DNA of 64,000 bases from Tubiluchus corallicola. Lineage: Eukaryota; Animalia; Priapulida. Positions 13,253 through 26,438 of this stretch are shown here, piece after piece. Where the stretch lies: positions 1-64,000 of the forward strand of contig JAQGDQ010000576.1 of the NCBI GenBank assembly GCA_030141605.1, in the 5' to 3' direction. The translations under genes and the position numbers were made by a program. The stretch's first letter is position 1; every line of letters starts with the position of its first letter. The notes below the pieces were generated by a model. That model did not search any database, was not told the origin of the DNA, and was given only the letters and a program-made list of their open reading frames with translations.

Positions 13253-13865
13253 ATGAAAACAGGATGATTTTTTATATACTACCCCATTTTCAAGTATGGC
13301 AAGAAGTATACATTTTAACACCAATGATACTGCAAAAAAGTATTAATTAAATAATAGACTAAAATCATAACTAAAGGCTGGCGAGCCCAATTAGTGATGA
13401 CATCACAAACTAACATAATTTTCAACAGCAAAAATATTTCACGAGCGTGTTGCACGTGTTTGCAAAAGCAAAAATTGAAGTACAGTGCTACTGTAAGATA
13501 TTCAGTGTGTTGTACTAAAACTCAGGCAACTTTTAAGATAGCAAGTGAAATTTCAAATTTACTGCTGTGCTCACGCACAAGCTGTTGAATGTGTGCAGTA
13601 TGTCACAAACTAATAGAATTGAACTGAGAGGTACGGCACCTGTTTTTTGTGCAACGCATATCCGAAAAGCAGGTGCTAGTGGCCGTTTAACTAGCGAATG
13701 GCGAAATGCATGTAACAGGGAAGAACTAGTGGCGCGAACGTGAAATTGTGTTTGTGCGGTAATAATTCTTTCACCCAAGTCATTCTTGAAAAAATCCTGT
13801 TTCCTTTCAATATTTTGAAAGAGTAGATTGTTGATCTACAGTTTAAGATTGGGTCCAGTTTTCCT
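13253..13865. mobile_element. TTAA-flanked MITE family (Kolobok-like), copy 1
   Basis: TTAA at both ends; colinear with 20290-20829 and 45768-46426. Confidence 0.7.
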
Positions 13866-14352
13866 TTAACAGAGTGGAAAAATTTAAACAGGTTTAGTTT
13901 TCATCCACTGACATTTTCCATAGAAAATTACAACAAGGAAAGACTCAAGCATAATGTCTTAATCAGGCTACTTTAATCTAGTAATGAAGACCTGTAAATA
14001 TAGGCTTCCAGTCCAAATGAAGCCTGATCAAAACGTGGAACTTTGGCTATTAAGCAAAACCAAACAAAAATCTCTTAATTAATACTTAACATGAACAACT
14101 TTGATGACAGTTTGTTTAATTACACAAATCAACACAATCACCACATTCATATATAAAATATTCTCACAGTTTTCATTGTAGCAAATAATGCAAATGCCGG
14201 GTTCTACAAATCGACAAGGACATTTATACAAACCAGCCTTCAAATAAAAATGTTTAGTAATTTCATTCCAACGAGTAAATAAATTGCTCAAAATGTTCAA
14301 ATCACTAAGCATCAAATAACTTGATAATATTTAGTCTGGCAATTAATAAAAG

Positions 14353-14853
14353 TGTGGAAGTTGTAACTGTATATATTTAGGTGCTGCCATCTATTGACTA
14401 ATCACTTTACATTTTACTAGCCAAACTCACCCCTAGTATAATTGTTCGGTCCAGTGAATATGCATACTCACTGGATCTCTCCCTATTTTACAGTAATGGT
14501 TTTTGTGAAGCCAAGTTTGCATAGTTGCCTCTACCTATATATACTGACTGGATTCTACTTCTAGTCACTGTCTCACTCTCAGTGCAGTGCAGAAGTCATG
14601 CTAGTCGTGCTACACAACTGTCTAACTCACACTCTCAGTGCTGTCCAGCAGTCGTGATCCTCATTTTACTTACTGTCTAACTCTCAGTGATCAGTGCAGG
14701 ACACTCTGGTCCTCAGTGTTCAGTGTAGCAGGCATTCTACATGTGTGTATGTAGTCTAATAAACGTTTTCAGTTTTTTGTGCAAATATGTAGTACAGTGT
14801 TTTATTCTTTTTCTACTAAGTGTTCAACTACAACCTCATACATGACTTTCACA
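14353..14853 (+). mobile_element. solo LTR family A, copy 1 (short, degenerate internal repeat)
   Basis: TGTGGAAG...CTTTCACA termini; 5-bp TSD AAAAG; TATA-like CTATATATAC and AATAAA inside. Confidence 0.8.
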
Positions 14854-15080
14854 AAAAGTGCAGATTAACGTATGCACATATATCTTCTTGGATGTCGGCA
14901 GTCCAGGACACAAGTTATCACTGAGCTGTTGAAAAATAGAAACCACTCAAAGTAAATTGGCTTGTCAAATGTTTGCTAGTCAATTGCTGTTACAAATGTA
15001 AGTAACAATGGATGTATCAATTAAAAATGTGAGACAAAAACTGCAATCGTCTAATCAAACATTAGCAAATAATTCGACAG

Positions 15081-15167
15081 CTATATGATGACTGGTCGCT
15101 GAGGCAAACACAGATTGTAATGAGCAGTAGCATCCCAGAAATCATCTCTTTTCCATCCACACCAACC
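15081..15167 (-). CDS. UFSP2: UFSP2 terminal coding exon
   Basis: AG|[28 protein letters not shown]; matches the conserved UFSP2 C-terminus GWCGWK..FW...YNLCLPQRP. Confidence 0.95.
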   Translation of the reverse strand, partial: GWCGWKRDDFWDATAHYNLCLPQRPVII

Positions 15168-16485
15168 CTGAAATTACAGTAAAGTTAGAATATGATCAGT
15201 GTTCATTAAATATATGTAAACATAGCACAATCTGTTACCTTTCTTGCTACCATTTCCACTAACACATCCTTCTACCCTTCCTGTGTGATCTAACCTTTCT
15301 CCCAGTTCTTTTTTTTGTTCACTCATCCATTCTTTTTAATCGGGTTCACATGACAGTGGGCTTATACAAGCCTTTGCTTCTCTAGCCCACTGCAGTACAA
15401 TTATTCTTTTATGATAACGATAGTGTATGAAACATAAAAATTTAATACAGTAGATGTAATAATTTTGATGTCACTGTGTGCTTTATATTGTACTGAATGT
15501 GATAATAATGATAAATAAAATAAATAAAAAAATAAAACATTGATTCTGTTACCATACAAGTCATAGCCGCCATTCATACGCTTTAATTTAATCGCCTGTT
15601 GAGAGACTATGGGAATTACTTGCATTATAAAGCGAGCATGCCAAATATTTGGCAATAATTTTTTTTAACATTGAAGTTCAGCAAGGTGCCAGTGTACAGT
15701 AAATATGGTTGACGTTCATCTAGAGTTCGAATCACAAAGAATGAACTGGATGTAGCCAAATTTTTTTTAGAATAAACTAGCCAGTCAAAAATAAAATAAA
15801 TTTATACTAACATAAAAATATGAATCATTATTGAAAAGGAAATTCAAGAGTTAATTCGCAAAGAGGTAACGGGTTTGTCAATTGCTTATAAGCATTATAT
15901 TTACAAGGAATTTGTTTAAGTAACAGATATGAAGGTCTTAACTCACAGATTTCGATCACCTTCAATTTTCTTTAAAAGGTGCGTCTCAAAGTGTAAATAA
16001 GTTTACGATCAACAATCAGGCACTGACAAATTTACAAAAATTAATTTTAGAACATGTTCCTGAACTGATCCAAGTAGCTTTGTCTGTTCCAACCTTAAAG
16101 ACATACAGCGGAAATAACTTTGGAGAACCAGAAAAGTTCAGTACGGGTCTCAACAACAGTGTTTGGTAGTAATGCATTATTGTAGTCAGGTTACCAGTGG
16201 CAGCTGTTGTATAGGTAGTGTGGAACTGCAGCACCCCCTATATTCACTCGATATTATCGATAATATTCAATATGATAAGCCTTTTTTCTTAGTTCTTTCT
16301 TTATACTTGTACGGTCCAGAACACGTGAGGGTAGTACTGTTTGCTTCACAACCCAGCACAGCGTGTTCACAGCTCAATTATCGTGGTGCTTGGCTGTTGT
16401 GTGCATGCGGTCATGCGCACACGTCTGAGATAAGTTGCTGCACTCTAGGTAGAGAGAGCGAGTACTGTCGCTCATGCAGTGTGTG

Positions 16486-16836
16486 CGATCCTTGAACGTC
16501 TCCAGGGCGCACGCCTGGGCAAGGTGTATGGAGATGCTGAGTTGCCCAGGCAACAGGAACCCCCTCTCTTCCTCCCTGGTGTAGTCCAAAGGAAAGCGGA
16601 GCGATACGTTTGGCACCAGGTTGGCTGCAGGAGCTGCCGGAGTCAGTGAGCATGCTGCACTGGTCCGCCTTCGGGGCTCCACTCCTGATTTGGAAGGTTT
16701 ACTCCTCTACACATGGCCGTTAGGTCACTTGACCTCCTCCGCCCTCTAGCCGTTGGCTGCTTGTGCAGCTCCTCCGCCTAGTGTCGAGATACAGTGTGGG
16801 CATCCCGCAAGCTACAGCACCTGGTATTCCTAGGCG
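16486..16836 (-). mobile_element. 5S-derived SINE copy; 5S head runs into the assembly gap
   Basis: Reverse complement of the SINE body plus the 5S 3' end (CGCCTAGGAATACCAGGTGCTGTAGC). Confidence 0.85.
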
Positions 16837-17135
16837 NNNNNNNNNNNNNNNNNNNNNNNNNNNNNNNNNNNNNNNNNNNNNNNNNNNNNNNNNNNNNNNN
16901 NNNNNNNNNNNNNNNNNNNNNNNNNNNNNNNNNNNNNNNNNNNNNNNNNNNNNNNNNNNNNNNNNNNNNNNNNNNNNNNNNNNNNNNNNNNNNNNNNNNN
17001 NNNNNNNNNNNNNNNNNNNNNNNNNNNNNNNNNNNNNNNNNNNNNNNNNNNNNNNNNNNNNNNNNNNNNNNNNNNNNNNNNNNNNNNNNNNNNNNNNNNN
17101 NNNNNNNNNNNNNNNNNNNNNNNNNNNNNNNNNNN
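16837..17135. other. assembly gap (N run)
   Basis: About 300 consecutive N. Confidence 1.
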
Positions 17136-17406
17136 CAGAGGACTGGAGCAGTTCAGTACCGGTCTTATCAGGGTGACCATCATAGCGAACACGGTGAATT
17201 GATTTCAATTCCAGCGATGCGAAGATTTCAACAGGTTTGTGCCAAACAATATTACAAAATAGTATAAGAAGGTATTAAGATTATTCCGGAATTAGCCAGC
17301 AAAAAATCTGGAGTCAGCCAAATAAAACTCCTCGAAAATGTTCCTGGCAAAGTGCCAGGAAGTTCGTTAATGTTTAGGAAAAAAATTAACAATGATCACC
17401 TATTCC

Positions 17407-17915
17407 CAGGGTGCATAAGATTATGGATATGTGTAAAATAAATAAAATAGCTTATTTTATGGATTTTTTTAAATTTCATTTTATGGATTTTTGGTCTTAT
17501 TTTATGGATACTAATAAAATAAGAAATAGACTATATCTGGAACGAGATGCCCAGGGGGAAATCAATTAAAAAGTAAAAACAGGAGTGCTTGAAACGTGTT
17601 TTTAAACACGCAGGACTTAGTTTTAATTTTATCGGTTTCATATCACTTCAAATTTAATCAAATTTTACGAGACAATGCCTTGTAATTCATCACTTCAGTT
17701 CAAATAATTCATCTATTTGGTACGAATGTAGAATGCCCTCTAGGCTGAAGTTTCCGATCCAATGCCTGTATTCAGTTTTGATTGCCTTATTTTGTACAAA
17801 AAATCACAAAAAATATTTTTTTACTTTATGCATTTCTTATTTTATGGATTTTCCAAATTTTATTTTATGGATTTTTGGTCTTATTTTATGGATATCCATA
17901 ATCTTATGCAGCCTG
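17407..17915. mobile_element. hAT-type MITE
   Basis: TIRs CAGGGTGCATAAGATTATGGATAT / ATATCCATAATCTTATGCAGCCTG; perfect 8-bp TSD CCTATTCC; TTTTATGGA subterminal repeats. Confidence 0.9.
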
Positions 17916-18159
17916 CCTATTCCACAATGTTAATGAATTATGTCCATTTCTAGTCAAAGTTTAAAAAATCAGCGTAAAGAAAAAAGCTTTCCGCTTGATC
18001 ACAACACGTTTCTAATTTCCTTGAAAAATTAACTTTAGAAGAAATACTCTCACTGGAATCACGTCGTCACACATTTGATGGTAATGAAATTTTCCGCTAA
18101 AAAGTGCTGCCAAAAATAACCGTCTCTTAATGAACCTCGCAAGTTTTCTGTTCACATAC

Positions 18160-18284
18160 CTTTGACTGTATGATTTTCAAATCCTCTGCGCCTGTATAAT
18201 GTGGATCCAGGATCAGATATTTCACATCTCCAGTGGCGTCATTCCAGTAAATGCCAAGAATAGTATGCGCTAGTACACCGCCAC
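18160..18284 (-). CDS. UFSP2: UFSP2 exon containing the catalytic Asp-Pro-His box
   Basis: (G)[41 protein letters not shown]; AG/GT, phase 1-0. Confidence 0.95.
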
Positions 18285-18431
18285 CTAATGGGAAAATTAT
18301 GTAACAGTTTCACACGTTCTTATTAGGCATGGTGTACTAATATAATTATATATTTTACTATTACAAACTTGCACAGCTGGGTTTTACTTGTGTTTGCCAC
18401 AACGTATGTAAAGTCCATTATTCCTTTAGCA

Positions 18432-18930
18432 CAGGGGTGTGCAAATTGCAGCCCGCGGGCCACTTGCGGCCCGTCGAGAGAATTTGCGCGGCCCGCGAAG
18501 AGATTTGTCAACCTAATGAAAGTGCGGGCCGGGCGATTAATTGAGTGTATCCAGCTGAAGTCCGTGCCACGATCCTAAAGATAGTGCGGGTAGTTTTTTC
18601 TACTAGATCGGATGCCATTAGCCCTTACAAGACGGTTGTAGCTTAATGTCACTGTACTACACAGGCTGTGTGATACACATTACTAATATGCATTGTAATG
18701 AAATTACCACTATCTGTCCTGAGTGTAGAAATATATGGTTTGTAATATAAATTTTAATAACTTCTAAAATAGTTTCTTGAGTATAGTAGTAATGATGTGT
18801 GCAGGTCGGATGCAAAAAATCGTTATTAGGCCTTTCTGTACTTGGCTCCTTGATCAAACTGCCTGTGGCCCGCAGGAATTGTGGGAAAGTTTAATGTGGC
18901 ACAGCTAGTCTGATAATTTGCACACCCCTG
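18432..18930. mobile_element. hAT-Charlie-like MITE, copy 1
   Basis: TIRs CAGGGGTGTGCAAA / TTTGCACACCCCTG; GGCCCGC subterminal repeats; degenerate 8-bp TSD ending TAGCA. Confidence 0.85.
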
Positions 18931-19313
18931 TCCTAGCAGGTTATGTGGCAGGACGGGAAGACGATGGGGATGCAACAGAAGAAAATATTGTCACCTGATG
19001 TCCTTAGTAGTAATAGAAGTTGCTGTTGGTAATGCTACCGTTCTTACCGTGTACTGACAAATGACGAAAGGTGAAATTGACAACAAAACGAAATTTTAAA
19101 CAGATCGTTAGCAAACTAGTGTTAAAACCAGGTGTCCTTCTAAAAAATTAAACGAGTGTTTACTTCTAAGGTGGGAAGATCGTTTACCAGAGCCACCTGT
19201 TGAATATTTGTGTCAGACAGTTTAGCAGTAATGAGCTGTAAAAGAGCAGAAGTGAGTTTTGCAAAACAGGTGGTGGACAGGAATAGGATGAAAAAGAAAG
19301 TAGGCTCTGTTAA

Positions 19314-19884
19314 CCCTTTCATACGAATTGTATCCCGTGGGATATGAGAATATTTTCTGCCATTAAAATTAATAAAATTTTAAAACTGACAGTTATTTGA
19401 TCTGTTAATAGTTATTTTTATTTAAGCCAATAACAACAGACTAAAAATGGTGATAAAATGGCAAACTAGACAATCTACGTAGCATAAAAAACTGCGCAAG
19501 GTACAGTACTTTAGAAACGACATTGTACAGATCAGCATAGCATGCACACTAAATGTCTTAAATACTTTAAAAAATTATCAGCAGTTGCAAAATGAAGCAC
19601 ATTTTATGCTTCCATTGAATCCCAATGTATCTCGTGGAATACAGGCTATATTTAGGTAGAAAAAATTATCAGCAGTTGCAAAATGAAGCACATTTTTTAC
19701 TTTTGTTGTGTTTTTAAAAAAGTCAGACTTTGTTTTTTTGCACATGACAAAGAATGTTGTGTATGTAGGTAGGTAGAATGAAGGTAGAAAAAAATTATTA
19801 TTATGTGTAAACAAGATGGACTGAACAAAAGTAGCAAGCCAAAAAATTATTTCTTATTAAAAAAATAATTTGGGACTGAAAGGG
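19314..19884. mobile_element. piggyBac-like MITE
   Basis: TTAA|CCCTTTCA...TGAAAGGG|TTAA. Confidence 0.75.
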
Positions 19885-20057
19885 TTAAGGATCTACCAAG
19901 ATGGAGAAGCCAAAAAAACATTTAATGAGGTTTGTTTTAAACCTTCTTCAAGAATTATAATAAAAAAGTTCGTGTAGAAATGTAAAGAATACCACAAAGA
20001 AGCAGCACTGGTTTACATCATTTCTGCTTTACAACTCAAGGCAACATTGTTTTTTAC

Positions 20058-20160
20058 CTATCATAACTGGAGTCCCCTGTGTCTGAAAATGGACGGCTAA
20101 CTCACGAGCCTTGCTGCTAAGTTCGGATCCCGAACTCACGAAAAGAATTTTTGACTGAAT
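20058..20160 (-). CDS. UFSP2: UFSP2 exon
   Basis: [34 protein letters not shown](G); AG/GT, phase 0-1. Confidence 0.95.
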
Positions 20161-20289
20161 CTGAAAACAACGCAAGATAACTCATGTTTAAAGCACGTTA
20201 TGTAAGACAGCGGTATTGAATTGTGAATTCTACGTGTAAATCAAAACGAGAAAACTAATATAAATAGTAAATAGACCAATTTTTTTTAA

Positions 20290-20829
20290 ACGAAGACAGG
20301 ACGATTTTTCATATACTACCCCATTTTGAAGTACGGTAAAAAGTATACATTTCAACACAATCAATACTGGAAAAGCGTTTCTGATAGTTAAATAATAGAT
20401 TGAAATCTTAATTAATGGCGGGCGAGCCCAACTATTAATGACATCACAAACGAACATAATTTCCAACAGCAAAAATATTCCACGAGCGTGCTGCACGTGT
20501 TTGTGAGAGAGAAATTGAAGAACAGTGCTACTGTAAGAGATTGTACTAAAACTCGGCAGGTTTTAGGATTTGCATGAGTTGTTGAACGTGTGCAGTACGT
20601 CACAAACTAACACATCTGAACTGAGAGGTACAGTACCTGTTTTTTATGCAATACATTTCTGAAATGCAGGCGCTAGTGGGACGAACGCGAAATTGCATTT
20701 ATGTGGTAATAATTCTTTCACTAGTTTGAAAATTATTATTTTTATTATTATTATTAATAATTATTTCGTTTAATATTTTAAGGAGTTAACTGTTTTGATC
20801 TACAGTTTAATATTAGGTCCGGTTTTGCT
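20290..20829. mobile_element. TTAA-flanked MITE family (Kolobok-like), copy 2
   Basis: Colinear with 13253-13865; TTAA flanks. Confidence 0.7.
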
Positions 20830-20977
20830 TTAATTGGTGCATAACATATTTTCCCCAAACTGTGTTTGTGGATATTTCTTAAAACTCAAGAGCATTTGTC
20901 CCTGGAATACTTTCATTATTATCAAGATGGAGCTGCTATGTTCAGTTAATTAAATAACATGTTATTAGCACTATCAA

Positions 20978-21520
20978 CATTTTACAATATTAGCAAACTT
21001 ATCATTGAATATGTCATTGTATCTTGGTGGAAGTGATACCTTTAATGTTTTGATGGTAAGTGTAAATCATTTTACAATATTAGCAAACTGTATCATTGAA
21101 TATGTCATTGTATCTTTGTGGAAGTCATACCTTTAATGTTTTGATGGTAAGTGTAAATCATTTTACAATATTAGCAAACTGTATCATTGAATATGTCATT
21201 GTATCTTTGTGGAAGTCATACCTTTAATGTTTTGATGGTAAGTGTAAATCATTTTACAATATTAGCAAACTTATCATTGAATATGTCATTGTATCTTGGT
21301 GGAAGTGATACCTTTAATGTTTTGATGGTAAGTGTAAATCATTTTACAATATTAGCAAACTGTATCATTGAATATGTCATTGTATCTTTGTGGAAGTCAT
21401 ACCTTTAATGTTTTGATGGTAAGTGTAAATCATTTTACAATATTAGCAAACTGTATCATTGAATATGTCATTGTATCTTTGTGGAAGTCATACCTTTAAT
21501 GTTTTGATGGTAAGTATAAA
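20978..21520. repeat. 90/91-bp tandem repeat, 6 copies
   Basis: Unit starts CATTTTACAATATTAGCAAAC at 20978, 21068, 21159, 21250, 21340 and 21431. Confidence 0.95.
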
Positions 21521-21991
21521 TTTTTTTATTGCATTTAAAATTACATTAGGAGCACTAAACATTTTAACATGAACAGACTTTAGGATCCTTTTTATGTATG
21601 TATGGAAAATTTTAAGATACTCAACGACTCTTATTGTTTACTGTTCAATTATCTATAATATTCGTTGTATCACAATGTTAACTTTGATGTGTACATGCCT
21701 TTTTGTTTGTATTTATATTACTTCATTTTATTTGCACTTCTGCTTGTACACATGACTTGCACAGTGGGGATTCAGTTTTAGAACTGTCTAATCTAACTAA
21801 ATAAACTATGTTTAAACTAAACTAATATATAAGCTAAAAGAACAATTAAACAAAAATCTTCTTCATCCTGCATAAATTAACATATACTTTGAGGTAATTT
21901 TTATCAGCCAGTTCCTTAATAATTTTATTGGTTTTTGATTTTTAGATCAATGATGTAGAAATTTGCAAACATGTTATTGTAAAACGTATAC

Positions 21992-22679
21992 TGTGGAAGT
22001 TGGAATTGTACATTTTAATTAGGTGCTGCCATCTATGGGCTAATCCTGTTACATTCTACCAGCTGACTTACCCCCAGTATAATTGTATGGTCCAGTGAAT
22101 GCATACACACTGGTCCTCTCCCTATTTTAAAGTAATGATTGTTGTGAAGCCTGTGCAAGTCTGCATAGGTCACCTATACCAATATATACTGACTGTTTTT
22201 ACTTTCTAGTCACTCTCACTCTCAGTGTTCAGTGCAGGAGACTCTCACACTCTAACTCTCAGTGTTCAGTGCAGACTCTCTCTCACTCTCAGTGTTCAGT
22301 GCAGGAGACTCTCACCCTCACTCTCAGTGTTCAGTGCAGGAGACTCTCACACTCTAACTCTCACTGTTCAGTGCAGGAGACTCTCACTCTAACTCTCAGT
22401 GTTCAGTGCAGGAGACTCTCACACTCTAACTCTTACTGTTCAGTGCAGGAGACTCTCTCACCCTCACTCTCAGTGTTCAGTGCAGGAGACTCTCACTCTC
22501 TAACTCTCAGTGTTCAGTGCAGCAGTCATGCTATTCATGTGTCTGTAGTTTCAATGAACACTTTTCTGTTGTGTGCCGTGCAAATATGTATTATAGATTT
22601 TTTATTCTTGTTCATACTTCTGTGCCTAAACTCAATCATAACGAAGTGAGTGATCTACAACTTCAAAATGACTTTCACA
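21992..22679 (+). mobile_element. solo LTR family A, copy 2, with internal CTCTCAGTGTTCAGTGCAGGAGA minisatellite
   Basis: TGTGGAAG...CTTTCACA termini; flanking direct repeat GTATAC. Confidence 0.85.
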
Positions 22680-23629
22680 GTATACAATGTTCACTTCAGT
22701 AGCAAAATTGAACAAACAGTCATAAAAGTTGGCAATATGATACTGTAGACATTTTGTATTCTTTAACATTGCTTTAACAGTAGAAAATTTGCATCCTTTC
22801 TCAATGCTGTCTCTCTAGATCAACTGAAACTTGCATGCCTGAGAGAATAGAGCTGTAATCACATGACCAGAGATTCAAGTTCCTATTGGAAGGTACATCA
22901 CATTCATGCATACAGACCATAAATGGAAAGGTCACCTATACTCTACAGACTACTAGTTAAACCAAAATCAAAGTCTACTTGGCTTTTTTGATAGCAGAAT
23001 AAAGATTATTGGTTTACAGAAAGCTGTGTTATAATGTTATAATTTTTCTCTATTTAAACTTGAGTAAGAGAGTTAGAACCAGAATTAAAGCATGAAATTA
23101 ACAACCTAATTACTCTGATTAATGAATACGTATCAAAGAAAAGGGAAATAATATTTAGAAACAAAATCAATCTCTGACAAACTTTGTACAATTAGAGTAA
23201 AACAATGACTGTAGATGGCAGCATAGACTAATTCAGTACTTTAGTGTAGTAGACTGACAATTAAATGGGTCACATAACACTACAATCGCGTACTCGGTAC
23301 AATAAGCGACAAATGACACATTAATGATTTTGATCGGCCGACTTACCTTGTACACTGGGTTCGTTAAGGTCATCAAACAAATTGGGTTTTTCGGGGTTAC
23401 CCATGCTTCACATTTTGGATTGGACATGAACGTGAAAGGAAAATTCAAAATGATGCTTTCCAATCTTTCAAAAAACCCATGTGTCAGAAGTACCAACAAA
23501 CAGCACTACCGAACAAAACTATTGCCAGGAAATTTTCTACATTTTGCTGACAATTTTTATTGAAGTTGACCAACTAAAATTGTAATTGTGCCATCACCAG
23601 CCTTGTGAGCCCACGCAAGCAAATTTATA

Positions 23630-23975
23630 CTGTCGACCCTCGTTAAACCGGACCACGTTAGCCCGTATATCGGATAAGACGGACGTCATCCGTGGTAAAG
23701 GAAACTGACCGATTTCCGTCCGGGCCGGAGCGCTAAACACAACACGGCCTACCAACTGTACAATAATTTCATTATCCTCACAGGTTAACTATTTTAAAGT
23801 AATATACAGTATAGAATATAGTGCACAGTATATAGTGCAATGTATATAGGCCTTATTAAGGTGATTATTCCTGTATAATATAGATCATATATAGGCATAT
23901 CGGGTAAATCGGACAATCGGCTAAACCGGACCACCCCCCCCCCCCCAATTAGTCCGGTTTAACGAGGGTTGACTG
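23630..23975. mobile_element. Tc1/mariner-pogo-like MITE
   Basis: TA|CTGTCGACCCTCGTTAAACCGGAC...GTCCGGTTTAACGAGGGTTGACTG|TA. Confidence 0.85.
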
Positions 23976-24022
23976 TACTATCGCTACGACAAGCAGCAAT
24001 TAGAGAAATTACAAAAGCTTAC

Positions 24023-24121
24023 TCCTAATAGATGATCAAGACAGAATCCGACTTCGCTGGATCCAATCCACTGTTTTGACCCAACTAAACTGGATGGTTT
24101 GTCTCCAATATCAACCAGCGC
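24023..24121 (-). CDS. UFSP2: UFSP2 exon
   Basis: [33 protein letters not shown]; AG/GT, phase 0-0; conserved GSxQWIG motif. Confidence 0.95.
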
Positions 24122-25055
24122 CTAAAAAAGAAAAAAATGCGTATTAAGACTAACGAATGTTTGAAAAATTCCTCCAGAGTTCACTCGGATAACAAATCGA
24201 TGAGAAAAGCATAACATCAAGGTAAATTCTGCGAGTCCTGCACATTGTCATCCATTTCTTTTTCTTCAGTTCCATCTGTTGTAAACATTGAGGCATTAAC
24301 GTTTATTAGAGTATTTCACCCACTCCTACCCGCAGATAATAGCGTAAGTTCTTCTACTTCCTAAAGATAGATTTGGTTGAAGTTGTTGAACATCTTTATT
24401 TATCTTAGTTATTCAAGTTGTTTTTGGTTTGTCACAAGGTTTTAAGGCTTCCTTTAAGGCGATTCTTACTGGTGCTTCATTTGGTAATCTTAGATGGCGT
24501 CCAAGCCATCTTATTAACCTTGATTTTTGAACTCCCAAGAAATTTCTTTCGTTCTGCTGCATAAATCTTCATTTTTGAATATGTATGGCCATCATATTTT
24601 TAAAACTTTCCTTGGAAGACTTCTATGAAATGTGTCAATCTGCTTTTCTTAAGTAACCATTAAATCCCATGTTTCACTGCTGTACATAAATATGCTGGTA
24701 ATGTAAGCATTAAATAATCCAAGTCTTATGTACGTTCTTGTGTTGAAGAAAAGCATGCATTTTTGCTTGCTACTTTCTACTTTTAATATCACATTCGGTG
24801 TTTATGTCTAGTATTTAATATTATGATCTATGAGCTTCTCAAAAGCGAGTTATCTTCCCACTCTTGATTAGTGCCTTTGTCATACCGAAAAGGTTTCATG
24901 ACCTACACTGTTTGCAAGAAACTGCAAATTACCATAATGACATGCAGCTAATGGATGATAATATTACATGCATCGTTATTTGCCATTTTCTTTGTTGAAG
25001 TACATAGATTTGCGTAGATAGTACAAACAAGTCATAACTCAGGCATTACCTCTTG

Positions 25056-25091
<36 letters not shown>

Positions 25092-25257
25092 GAATGTTCA
25101 TTATTATAACTGTATGACATGTAAATGATAGGTATATACTCGTTTGCATTTTGACTGCAGAAATTGTGTAGTACAACTTCTGTCAAGCGTGTAATTCTTG
25201 AAAAAAATTAGTAATCAAACAGCAAAAGAGCTTGATGATTTTGTGTATCGATCTTAG

Positions 25258-25758
25258 AGTTTATGTAGTCTACCTTCTGTACGGTACATTGCTTTTGTGC
25301 ATGCTGTTCAAGTGTGTCTGCAAATAAATTGAAAAGGCAATGCGAGACAGTTTATGTAGTTTATCTTCTGTACGGTACATTGCCTTTGTGCATGCTGTTC
25401 AAGTGTGTCTGCAAATAAATTGAAAAGGCAATGCGAGACAGTTTATGTGGTTTATCTTCTGTACAGTACATTGCCTTTGTGCATGCTGTTCAAGTGTGTC
25501 TGCAAATAAATTGAAAAGGCAATGCAAGACAGTTTATGTAGTTTATCTTCTGTACGGTACATTGCCTTTGTGCATGCTGTTCAAGTGTGTCTGCAAATAA
25601 ATTGAAAAGGCAATGCAAGACAGTTTATGTGGTTTATCTTCTGTACGGTACATTGCCTTTGTGCATGCTGTTCAAGTGTGTCTGCAAATAAATTGAAAAG
25701 GCAATGCGAGACAGTTTATGTGGTTTATCTTCTGTACGGTACATTGCCTTTGTGCATG
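25258..25758. repeat. 91-bp tandem repeat, ~5.5 copies
   Basis: Unit AGTTTATGTRGTTTATCTTCTGTACGGTACATTGCC...GGCAATGCRAGAC. Confidence 0.95.
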
Positions 25759-26438
25759 CGAGACACCAGCAGTGGTAAAACGAACTGAAAGCTGAATGCA
25801 TGATTGCTTAAGACAGCCACAGCAAGTGAATGGGTTAATTTGCAAAATGGAAATTGGCAAACTGTTGAATGATTTAAATAAGTGTATGAGATTTTCTTGC
25901 CGTTATTGTCCAACTTAAGTCCAAACATTGAGAACCTGGCCCAGCTGAAGGAATCATCGAAATTAAGCATAACATTGTAATTTAAATTTCATCTTACGCT
26001 TTAATATACTTGTTTTTACCAGTCTTAACTTATTATTAGAACCCTAAACTGTCCCACATTTAATTTTATGTAATTGTAAAAAAGACCAAGCTGAAGAAGA
26101 CACTACCAGATTGGGAGGCTTCATACGTATCAGTCCAATAAACAGTGACAGAGAGAGAGAGAGAGAAATTAAGTGACTATTTGATAGGATTGATTGACAA
26201 AGTAGCCATTACTTGCCTACATATTCCTTTTGTTCACACCATTAACTGGAAAGCAAATATTTTACGGACAATTATAGTGCACATACCAGTTAAACGTTCA
26301 CCGGCAAAAACATTTTTGTCGCAGATGTGCTAATAATTTCAATTATGCGCATGCTCATTTCTCCATATTAAGCATACTATCTAAAGTTATCAAACAAATT
26401 TGCAATTTCTAAGGCATTATTTAAAGTAATGATAAGTG

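Noticed and set aside
16720-17267. ORFs spanning the N run
   Set aside because: Produced by the assembly gap.
24130-24700. Possible degraded retroelement coding sequence on the minus strand
   Set aside because: No diagnostic motif could be read with confidence.
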